Shown here: positions 29,625-41,308 of the stretch, piece by piece
Layout of the letters: every line of letters starts with the position of its first letter
Position numbering within the stretch: the first letter of the stretch is position 1
Source: Alphaproteobacteria bacterium
GTDB taxonomy: Bacteria; Pseudomonadota; Alphaproteobacteria; UBA828
NCBI GenBank assembly: GCA_963422645.2
Contig: CAXXVO010000011.1
Coordinates: forward strand, 64,001 to 128,000
Reading direction: 5' to 3'
Length of the DNA stretch: 64,000 nucleotides
The notes under the pieces: generated by a model
What the model was told of the DNA's origin: nothing
What the model saw: only the letters and a program-made list of their open reading frames with translations
Database searches by the model: none
Position numbers and translations under genes: made by a program

Positions 29625-30842
29625 CTAGAGGGCCGGTGGTCCGCTCTCGAGGGTGATGATGTCCACTGCCGTGCCGCGCTCGGCTGCCGGCGCGTGGGGC
29701 GGCCGGACCACGAGGCATTGTGCCTTCACCAGCAACGACAGCATCGAGCTGTCCTGCTTCGCGAAGGGCGTGGCGATGAGCGCGCCGCTCTCGCCACGGG
29801 TGAGTGTCCCGCGAAGATAGTCCTCTCGCTCGTCGTTCTCCCCGACATCGGCGCCCAGGCTCGCACGCTGAACCATCGGATGCGCGCCTTCGTCGGTGCC
29901 GAGCATGCGCGCCATTGCGGGCCTCAGGAAGATCAGCGCGCAAACCAGCGAGGAGACCGGGTTGCCGGGCAGACCGAGCAGGCGGGTGCCGCCCACGGTG
30001 CCGAACATCAGCGGCTTGCCGGGCCGCATGGCAATTTTCCAAAAGTCGAGGGCGAGCCCTTCATCCTTGAGAGCGTCGCGAATCAGGTCGTGCTCGCCCA
30101 CCGAGGCGCCCCCGGTGGTGACCAGCAGGTCTGCACCGCGCGCGCCGGCGGCGTGGCGCACGAGGGACTCCGGGTCGTCGCGGGCGATGCCGAGGTCGAT
30201 GGCCTCTCCGCCGCAGTCTTCCACCACCGCCCTGAGCGCGTGCGTGTTGGAGCTTACGATCTGGTTGGCGCCCAGCGGCTCGCCGGGCATGACGATTTCG
30301 TCGCCGGTGGCCAGCAACGCGATGCGCGGTTTGCGGCGGACCGTGAGCCACGGCTGGTTCATGGCGGCGGCGAGGCCGATAGCGCGCGCGTCCAGCCGCC
30401 GCCCCGCAGGGACTCCGACCTCGCCTGCTCGAAAGTCGAGGCCGGCGGGGCGGATGTAGCGGCCCGCCGGCGCGCCCGCGCGCACGGCAATCGCATCGCC
30501 GTCGGCTTCGGTGTTCTCCTGGATCACGATCGTGTCGGCACCGTCGGGCACCGGGGCGCCGGTGAAGATGCGCACCGTCTCGCCGGGGCCGACCGTGCCC
30601 TCGAATCGCGCACCGGCCGGCACGCTGCCAATCTGGCGCAGTGTGGTGGGCGGATCCGCAACGTCGGCAGCGCGGGCAGCATAACCGTCCATCGCCGAGA
30701 CGGCGAAGGGCGGCTGTGTGATGCGGGCGACAACATCCGCGGCCAGAACCCGGCCATGGGCCGCAGCCAGCGGAACGGTCTCTGCCGGCAGCGGCGAAAA
30801 GGCGGCGGTGATGCGGGCGACCGCGTCTGCGACCGGAATCAT
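29625..30842 (-). CDS. moeA: Molybdopterin molybdotransferase
   Basis: SAMDGYA, RIFTGAPVP, TGDE, TTGGASVG, MRPGKP and GLPGNPVS motifs. Confidence 0.95.
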   Translation of the reverse strand: MIPVADAVARITAAFSPLPAETVPLAAAHGRVLAADVVARITQPPFAVSAMDGYAARAADVADPPTTLRQIGSVPAGARFEGTVGPGETVRIFTGAPVPDGADTIVIQENTEADGDAIAVRAGAPAGRYIRPAGLDFRAGEVGVPAGRRLDARAIGLAAAMNQPWLTVRRKPRIALLATGDEIVMPGEPLGANQIVSSNTHALRAVVEDCGGEAIDLGIARDDPESLVRHAAGARGADLLVTTGGASVGEHDLIRDALKDEGLALDFWKIAMRPGKPLMFGTVGGTRLLGLPGNPVSSLVCALIFLRPAMARMLGTDEGAHPMVQRASLGADVGENDEREDYLRGTLTRGESGALIATPFAKQDSSMLSLLVKAQCLVVRPPHAPAAERGTAVDIITLESGPPAL

Positions 30843-30845
30843 CGG

Positions 30846-31322
30846 TCAGGGCGCCCGGAATTCGCGCGACCGGCCGCCCGCCTTGTGGGTGAGCCGCACA
30901 TCGGTGATGCGCATGCCGCGATCGGCGGCCTTGCACATGTCGTAGACGGTGAGGGCGGCGACGCTGGCAGCGGTCAGTGCCTCCATCTCGACCCCGGTAC
31001 GCGCGGTGATGCGGCAGCTGGCTTCGATGTCCACGGCTCCCGCCGCCTCGTCGCAGGCGAGGGTCACGTCGACGGCGCTGAGCGCGAGCGGATGGCAGAG
31101 CGGGATCAGGTCGGCAGTCCGTTTGGCGGCCATGATGCCGGCGAGGCGGGCGACACCGAGAACGTCGCCCTTGGCGACACCGCCTTCCTCGATCAGCCGC
31201 ACGGTCGCGGGCTTCATCAGCACCCGCGCCCGCGCCGTCGCGCGGCGCTCGGTGACCTCCTTCTCCGTCACGTCCACCATGCGCGCCTTGCCCTCGGCGT
31301 CGATGTGAGTGAGCCGGGTCAT
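30846..31322 (-). CDS. moaC: Cyclic pyranopterin monophosphate synthase
   Basis: [22 protein letters not shown] and YDMCKA motifs. Confidence 0.96.
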   Translation of the reverse strand: MTRLTHIDAEGKARMVDVTEKEVTERRATARARVLMKPATVRLIEEGGVAKGDVLGVARLAGIMAAKRTADLIPLCHPLALSAVDVTLACDEAAGAVDIEASCRITARTGVEMEALTAASVAALTVYDMCKAADRGMRITDVRLTHKAGGRSREFRAP

Positions 31323-31325
31323 CGC

Positions 31326-32156
31326 TCAGCCCTCTGCCGCCCGTGCGCCCGGAGCCGCGCCGGATACGGGCGCGAGTAGCGCCGCCGTCGCCGCCGCGAC
31401 ATCGGCCTGGCGCATCAGGGATTCGCCGACCAGGAAGCGGCGCACACCGAGCACCGTCATGCGCGCGATGTCGGCCGGGCCGTGCAGACCGCTTTCGCAG
31501 ACGATCGGCGGCCCGTCGGACGCGAGCGGCGCGAGGCGCTCGGTGGTTGCGAGATCGACCTCCAGGGTCTTCAGGTTGCGGTTGTTGATGCCGAGCAGCG
31601 AGGCCTCGAGCCCGAGCGCCCGCCAGAGCTCGTGCTCATCGTGGACCTCCACCAACGTGTCCATGCCGAACTCCGCTGCGGCTGAGGCGAGCTCGGCGGC
31701 CTGGTCGTCGCCGAGGGCAGCCATGATGAGCAGGATGCAGTCCGCGCCCAGCGCCCGCGCCTCCACCACCTGGTAGGGGTCGAGCATGAAATCCTTGCGC
31801 AGCAAGGGGAGAGAGACCGCCTCGTGTACCTCCGTGAGAAAGCGGTCTTCACCCTGGAAGTAGTCCTTGTCCGTCAGCACCGAGAGGCAGGCTGCGCCGC
31901 CGCCGGCATAGGCGGCGGCCAGCGCCGGCGGGTTGAAATCCGCACGGATCAGGCCCTTGCTCGGCGATGCCTTCTTGAGCTCGGCGATGAGCGCGGGGCG
32001 GCCCCGTTCGGCCACCGCGGCGAGCGCTTGAGCGAAGCCGCGCGGTGGCTCGACCGCCTGCGCGCGTTCCGCCAGCGCCGCCTGGGAGACGGCCCGCTTT
32101 CGCGACGCCACGTGATGGCGCTTGTCGTCGCAGATCTTGGCGAGGACGTCGCTCAT
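31326..32156 (-). CDS. trpC: Indole-3-glycerol phosphate synthase
   Basis: [28 protein letters not shown] and GINNRNL motifs. Confidence 0.96.
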   Translation of the reverse strand: MSDVLAKICDDKRHHVASRKRAVSQAALAERAQAVEPPRGFAQALAAVAERGRPALIAELKKASPSKGLIRADFNPPALAAAYAGGGAACLSVLTDKDYFQGEDRFLTEVHEAVSLPLLRKDFMLDPYQVVEARALGADCILLIMAALGDDQAAELASAAAEFGMDTLVEVHDEHELWRALGLEASLLGINNRNLKTLEVDLATTERLAPLASDGPPIVCESGLHGPADIARMTVLGVRRFLVGESLMRQADVAAATAALLAPVSGAAPGARAAEG

Positions 32157-33211
32157 CGGCCGGCGGCTCCCTGGGCCTCGGCGCGCGCGCCCCGGCCGCT
32201 GATCTCCACGAGCCGGTTGAGCGTGGACTGTGCGTTGCCGCTGTCGATCGCTTCTGCGGCCGTGCGCACGCCCTCCCGCAGATCGCCGGCACGTCCGGCG
32301 ACGACGAGCGCCGCGGCGGCATTGAGCAGCACGATATCGCGCGCCGGGCCGGGTTCGCTGGCGAGCACGGCGCGAACGATGCCGGCGTTGTGGGCCGCAT
32401 CGCCGCCCTTCAGGTCCTCCGGCGCAGCCCGCGGCAGGCCGGCGCCCTCCGGCGCGACCTCGAAGCGGCGGATCGTGCCGCCGTCCAGTTCCACCACGGC
32501 AGTGGGCCCCGTGGTGGTGAGCTCGTCCGTGCCGTCGCTGCCGTGGACGACCCAGACCCGCTCGGAGCCCAGATTGCGCAGCACTTCGGCCATGGGCGCC
32601 GTCCACTTGGGGTCGAACACGCCGATCACCTGGCGCTTGGCGCCGGCCGGGTTGGAGAGCGGGCCCAGCAGGTTGAAGACGGTGCGCGTGCCGAGCTCGA
32701 CGCGCGTCGGCCCCACGTGGCGCATGGCGCCGTGGTGCCGGGGCGCCATGAGGAAGCCGATGTTGGCCTCCCACAAGGCTTCGCGGACGAGCGCCATGTC
32801 CGCGTCGATGGTGACGCCGAGTGCGGCGAGCAGGTCGGCCGAGCCCGAGCGCGAGGAGAGCGCGCGGTTGCCGTGCTTGGCGACCGGCACACCGCAGCCT
32901 GCGGCGACGAGCGCTGCGGCGGTCGAAATGTTGAAGGTGCCCTTGGCGTCGCCGCCGGTGCCGCAGGTGTCGATGGCGCCCTCCGGTGCGTCGATGCTGA
33001 GGGCACGGGCGCGCATCGCCTGCGCGCCGCCGGTGATCTCGTCGACCGTCTCGCCCCGCACGCGGAGCGCCATGAGAAAGCCGCCCATCTGCGACGGCGT
33101 CGCTTCGCCTTCCATCATCGCGTCGAAGGCGGTGCGCGACTCTCCGACGGTGAGCGCCGCGCCGCTCGCGACGCGCCCGATGAGCGCCTTGAAGTCGGTC
33201 GAGTCCGTCAT
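32153..33211 (-). CDS. trpD: Anthranilate phosphoribosyltransferase
   Basis: [22 protein letters not shown] and NLLGPLSNP motifs. Confidence 0.96.
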   Translation of the reverse strand: MTDSTDFKALIGRVASGAALTVGESRTAFDAMMEGEATPSQMGGFLMALRVRGETVDEITGGAQAMRARALSIDAPEGAIDTCGTGGDAKGTFNISTAAALVAAGCGVPVAKHGNRALSSRSGSADLLAALGVTIDADMALVREALWEANIGFLMAPRHHGAMRHVGPTRVELGTRTVFNLLGPLSNPAGAKRQVIGVFDPKWTAPMAEVLRNLGSERVWVVHGSDGTDELTTTGPTAVVELDGGTIRRFEVAPEGAGLPRAAPEDLKGGDAAHNAGIVRAVLASEPGPARDIVLLNAAAALVVAGRAGDLREGVRTAAEAIDSGNAQSTLNRLVEISGRGARAEAQGAAGR

Positions 33212-33373
33212 GGAGGTCAGAAGCCCGCTCGCTCGCCCACCGCCAACAGGCGACACCGCCCGGCAAATGCGCCCCGTGTTATAGCCGGTTCTCGGTCAAA
33301 CGCCATGCGGTGCACGATGACGTTCAACGATTGCTCCCGGTCTTCCCTAATGAATCCAGATTTCCGCTAAATT

Positions 33374-35888
33374 CAGACTTCCTGACCTCGTGATGCTGGC
33401 TGTTCTGGGCAGCGTGCCGGGAACTCCTTGAATTCTGATACATTTCGGTTGTTTCAGGCGGTTTTTCGCTGGGTGTCGCGCCCGAGGTCTGATATTATAA
33501 TTTGATACCAATTGCACGGGGTCTCAACCATGCCCAGTACCCTCCCAATGTGCCCTCCAGAGGCGGTCTCGATCGGCAACAGCTGCTTCGCCGTCCTGAT
33601 CTCGGACGACACCTTCACCTACTTTTCCAACCTCATTCCCTTTGACAGCCACGCCGCCGATGACCGCACGGCCATGCTCTTGCGGATCGGCCGCCTCGCG
33701 GCGATCAGCGCGGTCTCGCCGCAGGAACTGGCTGACGCTTTCGCTGTCTCGCGCGCGACGGTGCAGCGCGCACGACGGCGCTACCTGGCCGAGGGCGAAG
33801 CGGGGTTCATGAAGCCCCGGCGCGGTCGCGGGCCGTCGGTGTTCACTCCGGAGTTGGCGGAGAAGGCGACGGCGTTGCTGGCATCGGGCCTGAGCGGCTC
33901 TGCGGCGGCCCGGGTTCTCGGCGTGTCAGCGCCATCGGTCAACAAGTGGCGCCGTCAGGGACTGATCGGCAACACGGAGGCGGATGGGGAGCCCGGACGC
34001 TCAGCGCTGGCTGCGCCGCCTGACGCGGGTGCGGCTCCTGAAGGCCGTGTCGATGAAGAGAGTACCGGTGCCCCGGGGCCGGAGACGGCGCCGGGGCTGG
34101 AAGCGCAGCCGCAAACGGATCGCAGCGCGCGCGATCGGCGGGACCGGCAGGCGCCGATGGGGCGTGCGACTTGCGATGTTCCGGCTCGGGTTCTGGCCAG
34201 TTGTGGACAGGCGGGGCCGGTCGAACCGCAGTTCGCCGCCGCCGCCCGCGGTGTCCGCTTCGGCGGCGTGCTCGCCGCCCTGCCGGCCCTGCTGAAGGAA
34301 GGTCTTCTCTCCGAGACCGGTCTCCTGCCATTGCTGCCGAAGGGCTATTACGGCTTGCCTACGATCCTGCTCTTCCTGGCCTTCATGACCTTGGCGCGGG
34401 TGCGCAACCCCGAGAGCCTGCGCTACCAGGCGCCGGGCGAATGGGGCGCCATTCTCGGCCTCGATCGCTGCCCCGAGGTCAAGACGCTGCGCCGCAAGAT
34501 CGCTCTCATCGCCGACGACGAGGCCGGCGTGCGGGCGTGGCAGCTCGCCCTTGCCAGGCGCTGGCAGGCGCCGACGAGCCGGAGCTCTGGGCGACGCTGG
34601 CCATCGACGGGCACGTCAAGGTCTACTCCGGCCGCAAGGGGCGCTTGCCCAAGCACTTCGTCTCGCGCGAGAAGCTGTGCCTGCCGGCGAGCGCCAGCTA
34701 CTGGATCAACGCTCTGGGCGGCAAGCCGCTGCTCTGTCTGCACAAGCCGCTGGACCCGAAGATGGTCGCGGCCATCGAAGCCGACGTGGTGCCGGCGCTG
34801 CAGGAGCTTGGGATCGTTGGCGCCGGGGCGCCGGACCTGACCGCCGAGCATCCCGGCCAGCCGGCGCTCACCCTGGTCTTCGACCGCGAGGGCTGGAGCC
34901 CGGATCTGTTCCGCCGGCTGGCGAGGCGCGGCGTCGCCTGCCTGACCTGGCACAAGAACTTCAGGGGCGAGGACTGGCCGGCCGAGGACTTCGGCGCGAT
35001 GACCGTTCCCATTCACGGACCGGCGGCGGACGGCAGCGCCACCATGCGGCTGGCTGAGAAGCCGGTGACGTTGCCGAACGGCTTCAGGGTGCGCCAGATC
35101 CGCCGCCTGCTCGACAACGGCCGTCAGGTGCCGCTGATCACCACCGATCCGCACAAGCCGATGGCTGAGGTTGCGGGCGCCATGTTCTCGCGCTGGTCGC
35201 AGGAGAACTTCTTCAAGTACATGCGTGACGAGTTCAATCTCGACGCCCTGCCGACCCACGAGCTCGAGCCTCTCGATCCCGCCGCCATGGTCGTCAACCC
35301 GCTGCGGCGGGCCTATGACAAGGCAATCCATCGCCTCGACCGCCAGCTTGGCCGCCTGCGCAACCGCATCGCCGACACGGCCCGGAAGAAGCAGCCGACG
35401 GCGGAACTCAGGAGGGAAGTCAGGGACCTCCAGGATGTCCGCGACATCGTCAGGGCCAGCCGCAGGGAGACGCCCAAGCACTGCCGGGCCGGCGACCTCG
35501 ACGAAGCCGAGCAGCTCGATGCCTTGCCCGCGCGCGAGCGCCTCCTCCTCGACGTCATCCGGATGATCGCCTACCGCGCCGAAACCCGCATGATGCTTCC
35601 CGTCATGCAGGCGCAGGGCCACAAGCCCCATCCCCGGAAACTGCTTCAAGCGCTGCTCACCGCCGATGCCGACATCCTGCCGGATCCTGGCAATGGCCTC
35701 CTGCGGGTCCACATTCTTGGCCTCGCAAACGACGCCTGCGACCGTTGGATCGATGCGGTTCTGAGCGACCTGAACGCCACCGAAACGGTCTTCCCCGGCA
35801 CCCGTCTGCGCATAGTCTACGACATCGACGGGGCCTCGGAATCCGCGCGGCTCGTGTCACCTAAAATCAGCAGAGGTCAGGAAGTCTG
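33374..35888 (+). mobile_element. Full-length IS element B (relative of element A), 16 bp inverted repeats, no target duplication
   Basis: CAGACTTCCTGACCTC at 33374-33389 and GAGGTCAGGAAGTCTG at 35873-35888; flanks AAATT and AACCT differ. Confidence 0.9.
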
Positions 35889-35889
35889 A
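33530..35889 (+). pseudogene. Frameshifted DDE transposase of element B
   Basis: Two ORFs join at GCGC 34568-34571; LGLDRCPEVKTLRRK, IDGHVKVY, VFDREGWS and RWSQENFFKY motifs; the stop codon lies in the right repeat. Confidence 0.85.
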
Positions 35890-36575
35890 ACCTTGGGCGG
35901 AGAAATCGTATCTTCACCCCAATAGTCCAAGTAGCGCTCGACATCGACGTTGCCTATCTTGAACATCATTGTCGGGTTCTGGATGACGCCGTTGTTGCCC
36001 TTGGTCGTGTGCAGACCCATCTTGAAGACGGCATCGGCATCGCCGCTGGCGTCGACGACCCGCTCGGCGCTCACTCTGGTGTAGCCGGACTTGGTGTGGA
36101 GAACGAGACCGGCAAGGGCGTCGTCCGCCATGATCACGTCGATCATCTGGGTATGGTAAAGGGCATCGACACCCGCACTCCGCACCAAATCAGTGGCGAC
36201 TCGCTTGTATGTGGCGCAGTCGTGCGTGACGACCCAGGTCTTGCCGTAGATCTGCGGCCGGGTGACGCCTCCCTCCGCGTCGAGCGCCGCGCGAAAGCGC
36301 TCGGCAAACCCGAAGATGACCTGCTGCGGCTGCGCCATGCGCGGCTCCTCGACCGTCATGTAGAGGCCGCAAACGGTGCCCGACATGCCGGAGACCGCAG
36401 CGCCGCCGCAATAGCCCAGACGCTCGATCAGGAGCGTCTTGTGTCCCAGCTCGGCGGCGGTTGTGGATGCGGCGATCCCGGCAGGGCCGCCACCGACGAC
36501 CACCACGTCGTAGTGGCCGAAGTGGGGCACGTCCTCGAAGGCGGCGGCGCCCAGACGGCCGAGAAACCGCTCCAT
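35889..36575 (-). pseudogene. FAD-dependent oxidoreductase, 3'-truncated by element B
   Basis: VVGGGPAG, LIER and VDASGDAD motifs; frame runs into the IS end after ~230 aa. Confidence 0.8.
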
Positions 36576-36737
36576 GCCGGCAACTCCAGAGAGAAGGCGG
36601 CGCATTTGGCGCACGGTTGTCGCACGCGCGCAACCGAATTCCAGACCCTTCCTCCTGTCGCCGATTGCGGTCCGCGCCGTTATCCTTCACCAGCGTGTAT
36701 TCGACGGGCCGCGCGCCCCTCGGCGATGGGTGGTCAC

Positions 36738-38783
36738 ATGTCTCAGACGGCGCCGCTTCCCGATGACACCACGAGCGATCCGCTGCTGCGGCCCTTCAGG
36801 CTGAAGCACCTCACGCTCAAGAACCGCATCATGAGTACCAGCCACGCCTGCGGGCTCGTCGAAGACGGCATGCCGAGCGAGCGCTACCAGCGCTATCACG
36901 AGGCGAAGGCGAGGGGCGGGCTGGCGCTCACCATGTTCGGCGGCTCGTCCAACGTCTCGCCCGAATCCGCGTGGCAGCTACCGCAAATCAACCTCTACGA
37001 TGAGCGCGTCGTCGAGCATTTCCAACGGTTCTCGGGGCGCATCCACGCCCACGGCGCCGCCCTGATGTGCCAGGTGAGCCACGTTGGCGGGCGGGGCGAG
37101 CCTTATGCAGGAGCGGCGTTGGCGCCCATCGGCCCGTCGCCCGTGCGCGAGACCCTGCACCGAGCCTTCGCCAGTGAGATGGACGAGCGCGACATCGCGC
37201 GCGTTGTGGCCGACTTCGCCGAGGCTGCGTCGCGGTGCAAGGAGGGCGGTCTCGACGGCATCGAGACCTTCGCCGGCGCCCATCTCATCGGCCAGTTTCT
37301 CTCGCCCGCAACCAATCGGCGCAGCGACAAGTTCGGCGGCTCGGTCGAGAACCGCTGCCGCTTCGGGCTGATGGTGCACGAAGCGATCCGCAAGCGCGTG
37401 GGCGACGACTTCATCGTCGGCATCCGCTTCGTCATCGACGAGGCGGGCCCCCACCACATCGCGTTCGAGGAGGGCCTGAAGATCGCCGCCATCTTCGAGG
37501 CGTCGGGCACCATCGATTTCTTCAACGCGATCTACGGCCGCATCGACACGGAACTCAAGCTCGCGGTGGACTGCATGCCGGGCATGGCTTCGCCCGAGGC
37601 GCCCTTCCTGGCCCGCGCCGGGGCCTTCAAGCAGGCGGTGGGGCTCCCGGTCTTCCACGCCACCCGAATCACCTCGCTGGAGACGGCGCGGCGCGCGATC
37701 CGCGACGGGCTGCTCGATATGGTGGCAATGACCCGTGCGCACATCGCCGACCCCGAGCTGGTCGCCAAGCTCGCCCGCGGCGAGGAGGCGCGCGTGCGCC
37801 CCTGTGTCGGCGCGACCCATTGCATGAGCCCGCTGCGCCCGACCTGCATTCACAATCCGTCCACCGGCCACGAAGGGGCGTTGCCGCACGCGATCGAGCC
37901 GGCGGAGAAGCGACTCTCCGTGCTCGTTGCGGGCGGCGGGCCGGCCGGGCTGGAGGCCGCGCGGGTCTGCGCCGAGCGCGGCCACGATGTGCGGTTGTGC
38001 GAGGCCTCGGAGAGGCTCGGCGGGCAAGTGCTGCTGGCCGCGCAGGCAAGCTGGCGCAGCGAACTTGCGGGGATCGTCGAGTGGCGAGTCCGCGAGCTGG
38101 AGCGGCTCGGAGTCGATCAACGTCTCAACTGCTCCGTCGAACCCGCTTCGGTCGAGAACGATGCCGATATCGTCATTGTCGCGACCGGCGGCGTTCCCGA
38201 TCTCGACTGGATCGAGGGTGCGCAGCACTGCACCAGCGTCTGGGATGTCCTCACGGGCGCGGCGAGCGCAGCCGAGGATTCGATCGTCTACGACGGGACC
38301 GGCCGTCACGCAGCGCTCACGGCGGCCGAGGCGATCCGGCAAGCTGGCGGAGAGGTCGCGTTCTTTGGCCTCGATGGGCACCTCGCGATGGAGATGTCCT
38401 ACGCGGAACAGGTCATCTGGCGCCGGCGCACCTACGAGATCGGCATCCAGCCAAAGTTCGACCGGCGCCTGGAGCGCGTCGAACGCGAGGGCAACCGGCT
38501 GCGCGCGACCTTTCGCAACGAGCTCACCGACGAAGTGGAGGAACACGAGACTGGCCGGATCGTGGTCGAGCACGGGACGCGCCCGGCCGACGCGCTCTTT
38601 CAGGGCCTCGTGGATCGCTCCTCGAACCGTGGCGTGGTCCATCAACGGGCTCTGCTCGCGGGCGTGCCGCAGCCCGAGAGCGGAAGCGACGGGTTTGCGC
38701 TCTTCCGCATCGGCGACGCTGTCTCCAGCCGCAATATCTACGCCGCGGTGCTCGACGCGTTCCGTCTCTGCCGCACCTTGTAG
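36738..38783 (+). CDS. NADH:flavin oxidoreductase (old yellow enzyme TIM barrel plus FAD domain), DgcA/StcD-like N-methyl amino acid demethylase
   Basis: LKNRIMSTSH, KARGGLALTM, QFLSPATNRRSDKFGGS, TRAHIADP, RPCVGATHC and GGGPAGLEAA motifs; substrate not determinable. Confidence 0.85.
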   Translation: MSQTAPLPDDTTSDPLLRPFRLKHLTLKNRIMSTSHACGLVEDGMPSERYQRYHEAKARGGLALTMFGGSSNVSPESAWQLPQINLYDERVVEHFQRFSGRIHAHGAALMCQVSHVGGRGEPYAGAALAPIGPSPVRETLHRAFASEMDERDIARVVADFAEAASRCKEGGLDGIETFAGAHLIGQFLSPATNRRSDKFGGSVENRCRFGLMVHEAIRKRVGDDFIVGIRFVIDEAGPHHIAFEEGLKIAAIFEASGTIDFFNAIYGRIDTELKLAVDCMPGMASPEAPFLARAGAFKQAVGLPVFHATRITSLETARRAIRDGLLDMVAMTRAHIADPELVAKLARGEEARVRPCVGATHCMSPLRPTCIHNPSTGHEGALPHAIEPAEKRLSVLVAGGGPAGLEAARVCAERGHDVRLCEASERLGGQVLLAAQASWRSELAGIVEWRVRELERLGVDQRLNCSVEPASVENDADIVIVATGGVPDLDWIEGAQHCTSVWDVLTGAASAAEDSIVYDGTGRHAALTAAEAIRQAGGEVAFFGLDGHLAMEMSYAEQVIWRRRTYEIGIQPKFDRRLERVEREGNRLRATFRNELTDEVEEHETGRIVVEHGTRPADALFQGLVDRSSNRGVVHQRALLAGVPQPESGSDGFALFRIGDAVSSRNIYAAVLDAFRLCRTL

Positions 38784-38820
38784 GCGGCGGGGGAGGGTTC
38801 AACCCCACCGCCGATGCCCG

Positions 38821-41199
38821 TTACGGAGACGCGCGGGCGGCGCGCCGGCCACGCACGAGTTGCGACAGGAAGACCAGGCCCAGCAGCGCCAGACCGGCGG
38901 GATAGATCAGCTCCTTGGGCGGCAGGTCCGTCTGCTCCACGTCCACGCCCGTGACGTAGTCGCCCCAGTCGATGCCCGCCTGCTCCGCCATGCCGTTGAA
39001 GGCGAGGTCGACCACGGCGTAGCGGCCATCCTCCTCCCGCTCCAGCCCGACCCCGAAGGTCTCCGCCGGCGTCGCTGCCTGGTCCGCCGGAGTTTCCATG
39101 ACGAACAGCTTGTAGCGCTCGCCGTAGTCGGTCTCCCGCGTGACGTGGAGGCGGACCTGGCGGCCGGGATCGGGCGTGAACTCGCCGGAGGCGAAGGCCT
39201 GGTACGCGACCGGCTCGAAGGGCGGCACGATGTGGTCCATGAAGAAGCCGGGGCGGAACAACATGAAGCACGCTGCGGCGAGCAGAAGCGCCTCGTACCA
39301 GCGCACCTTGACGAACATCCATCCCTGGGTGAGCGAGCTGAAGGCGAGGATCGCGAGCAGCGACATGACTGCCACCAGGGCACCGTGCCAGATGCTCTCG
39401 ACACCGATCAGCAGCAGCTCCGTGTTGAACAGGAAGACCAGCGGCAGGATGGCAGTGCGGATGTCGTACATGAAAGACTGTACGCCGGTCTTCAGCGGAT
39501 CCGCCCTGGATATGGCCGAAGCCGCGAAGGCGGCAAGGCAGACGGGTGGCGTCGAGTCCGCCAGCAAGCCGTAATAGAAGACGTAGAGGTGGACGGCGAT
39601 CAGCGGCAGGACAAGACCCGATGCATTGCCCAACTCCACGAGCACGCCGGCCAGCAGGGAGGCGACCACGAGGTAGTTGGCGGTCGTCGGCAGGCCCATG
39701 CCGAGGATGATGCAGAGGATGGCAGTCAGCCCGAGCAGGATGTAAACGTTGCCGCCGGCGATCGATTCGACGACGCCCACCATCGCGTTGTTGAGGCCGG
39801 TGGACGAGACCGCGCCGACGATGATGCCGGCGGCGGCGACGGCAACGGCGATACCCACCATGTTGCGCGCGCCTGCGACCATGCCGATGTAGATCTCGGT
39901 AAAGCCGTCGCGTAGCGCCTCGACCATCGGCTGGCCGCCGCCGCGGATCGACGCGATGATTCGCCTGACGACGATGATCACCATCACCGAGAGGATCGAA
40001 TAGAAGACTGCGCTGTGCGCGCTCCAGCGCTCGACCATCAGCAGATAGACCAGAATGAAGATGGGTATCAGGTGATGGGCGCCGCTGAGGAAGGTCGTGC
40101 GAAACGGCGGGATTTCGGCCCGGGGCAGGCCGGAGAGGCCGAGCTTCTTGGCTTCCAGGTGGGAGATGTAGAGCAGCGCGATATAGCTGAGCACGGCGGG
40201 AATCGCCGCGGCCTTGACCACCTCGAAATAGGAAATGCCGATGAACTCGGCGATGATGAAGGCGGCCGCACCCATGATCGGCGGCATGAGCTGGCCGTTG
40301 GTGGACGCCGCGACCTCGATGGCGCCGGCCTTCACCGCAGGCATGCCGATCCGCCGCATGACGGGGATGGTGAAGGTGCCGGTGGTGACGACATTGGCGA
40401 TGGACGAGCCGGAGACCATGCCGGTCATGCCGGACGCCAGGATCGCCGCCTTGGCCGGCCCCCCGGTGTAGCGCCCCACCATGGCGAAGGAGAGCGCAAG
40501 GAAATATTGCCCCGCTCCGGCCTTGTCGAGCAGGGAGCCGAAGAGCACGAACAGGAACACGAAACTGACCGAGACGCTGAGCGGAATGCCGAAGATCGCC
40601 TCGCCCGTGAGCCACTGATAGCCGATCAGCCGGTTCAGACTCAGCCCCTTGTGAGAGACGATGTCCGGCATCGACTGGCCGAAGATCGAGTAGACGAGGA
40701 AGACCGCGCAGACGATGACGAGCGGTATCCCGATTGCCCGCCGCGTCGCGTCGAGCAGCAGCAGGATGCCGACACCGCCGAGGATGGCTTCGACTGGGAT
40801 GCCGTTCCAGACGTAGAGAAGCCCGTGACGGGAGACGAGACCGTCCCAGCCGAAGAAGAGGTAGAGGGCGGCGATGCAGCCGACGAGCGCGCAGGCGATG
40901 TCCCACGGCGGCAAGCCGCGCTCGCTCCAGCGGCGTGTCATCGGGTACATCAGGAAGCAGAGCAGCATCGCGATCGACAGATGAATGCCGCGTGCCGGCA
41001 CGTCGCCAATAATGGCGAAATCGAACATGAAGGGCAGAGGCGAGGCGATCCAGAGCTGGTAGACCGACCACAGGAAGCAAAGCAGGCTTATGAGCAATGC
41101 CAGGCGCGGCCCCTGCCGGCGCCCCTGGTACTCGACCTTCTCCAGAGTCTCTTGAACTTCAGCGGGCGTGGCCGCCGCGCTTGGCTCACTATTCGTCAC
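38821..41199 (-). CDS. TRAP transporter fused 4TM/12TM permease (TAXI type)
   Basis: GGPAKAA, SGSSIANVVTTG, GQLMPPIMGA, GMGLPTTANY and DSTPPV motifs. Confidence 0.92.
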   Translation of the reverse strand: MTNSEPSAAATPAEVQETLEKVEYQGRRQGPRLALLISLLCFLWSVYQLWIASPLPFMFDFAIIGDVPARGIHLSIAMLLCFLMYPMTRRWSERGLPPWDIACALVGCIAALYLFFGWDGLVSRHGLLYVWNGIPVEAILGGVGILLLLDATRRAIGIPLVIVCAVFLVYSIFGQSMPDIVSHKGLSLNRLIGYQWLTGEAIFGIPLSVSVSFVFLFVLFGSLLDKAGAGQYFLALSFAMVGRYTGGPAKAAILASGMTGMVSGSSIANVVTTGTFTIPVMRRIGMPAVKAGAIEVAASTNGQLMPPIMGAAAFIIAEFIGISYFEVVKAAAIPAVLSYIALLYISHLEAKKLGLSGLPRAEIPPFRTTFLSGAHHLIPIFILVYLLMVERWSAHSAVFYSILSVMVIIVVRRIIASIRGGGQPMVEALRDGFTEIYIGMVAGARNMVGIAVAVAAAGIIVGAVSSTGLNNAMVGVVESIAGGNVYILLGLTAILCIILGMGLPTTANYLVVASLLAGVLVELGNASGLVLPLIAVHLYVFYYGLLADSTPPVCLAAFAASAISRADPLKTGVQSFMYDIRTAILPLVFLFNTELLLIGVESIWHGALVAVMSLLAILAFSSLTQGWMFVKVRWYEALLLAAACFMLFRPGFFMDHIVPPFEPVAYQAFASGEFTPDPGRQVRLHVTRETDYGERYKLFVMETPADQAATPAETFGVGLEREEDGRYAVVDLAFNGMAEQAGIDWGDYVTGVDVEQTDLPPKELIYPAGLALLGLVFLSQLVRGRRAARASP

Positions 41200-41262
41200 G
41201 GGCGCCCCTGTCCGGCGCGTGCGTCCCTTTGCGTTGTCCGCCTCGGGACAATCTGAAAGCGA

Positions 41263-41294
41263 ACGGCCGGCACCTGTTCAGGGGTGCCGGCCGT
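41263..41294 (-). terminator. 12 bp stem-loop between the TAXI binding-protein and permease genes
   Basis: ACGGCCGGCACC-N8-GGTGCCGGCCGT. Confidence 0.6.
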
Positions 41295-41308
41295 CATGAT
41301 CGCGAGGG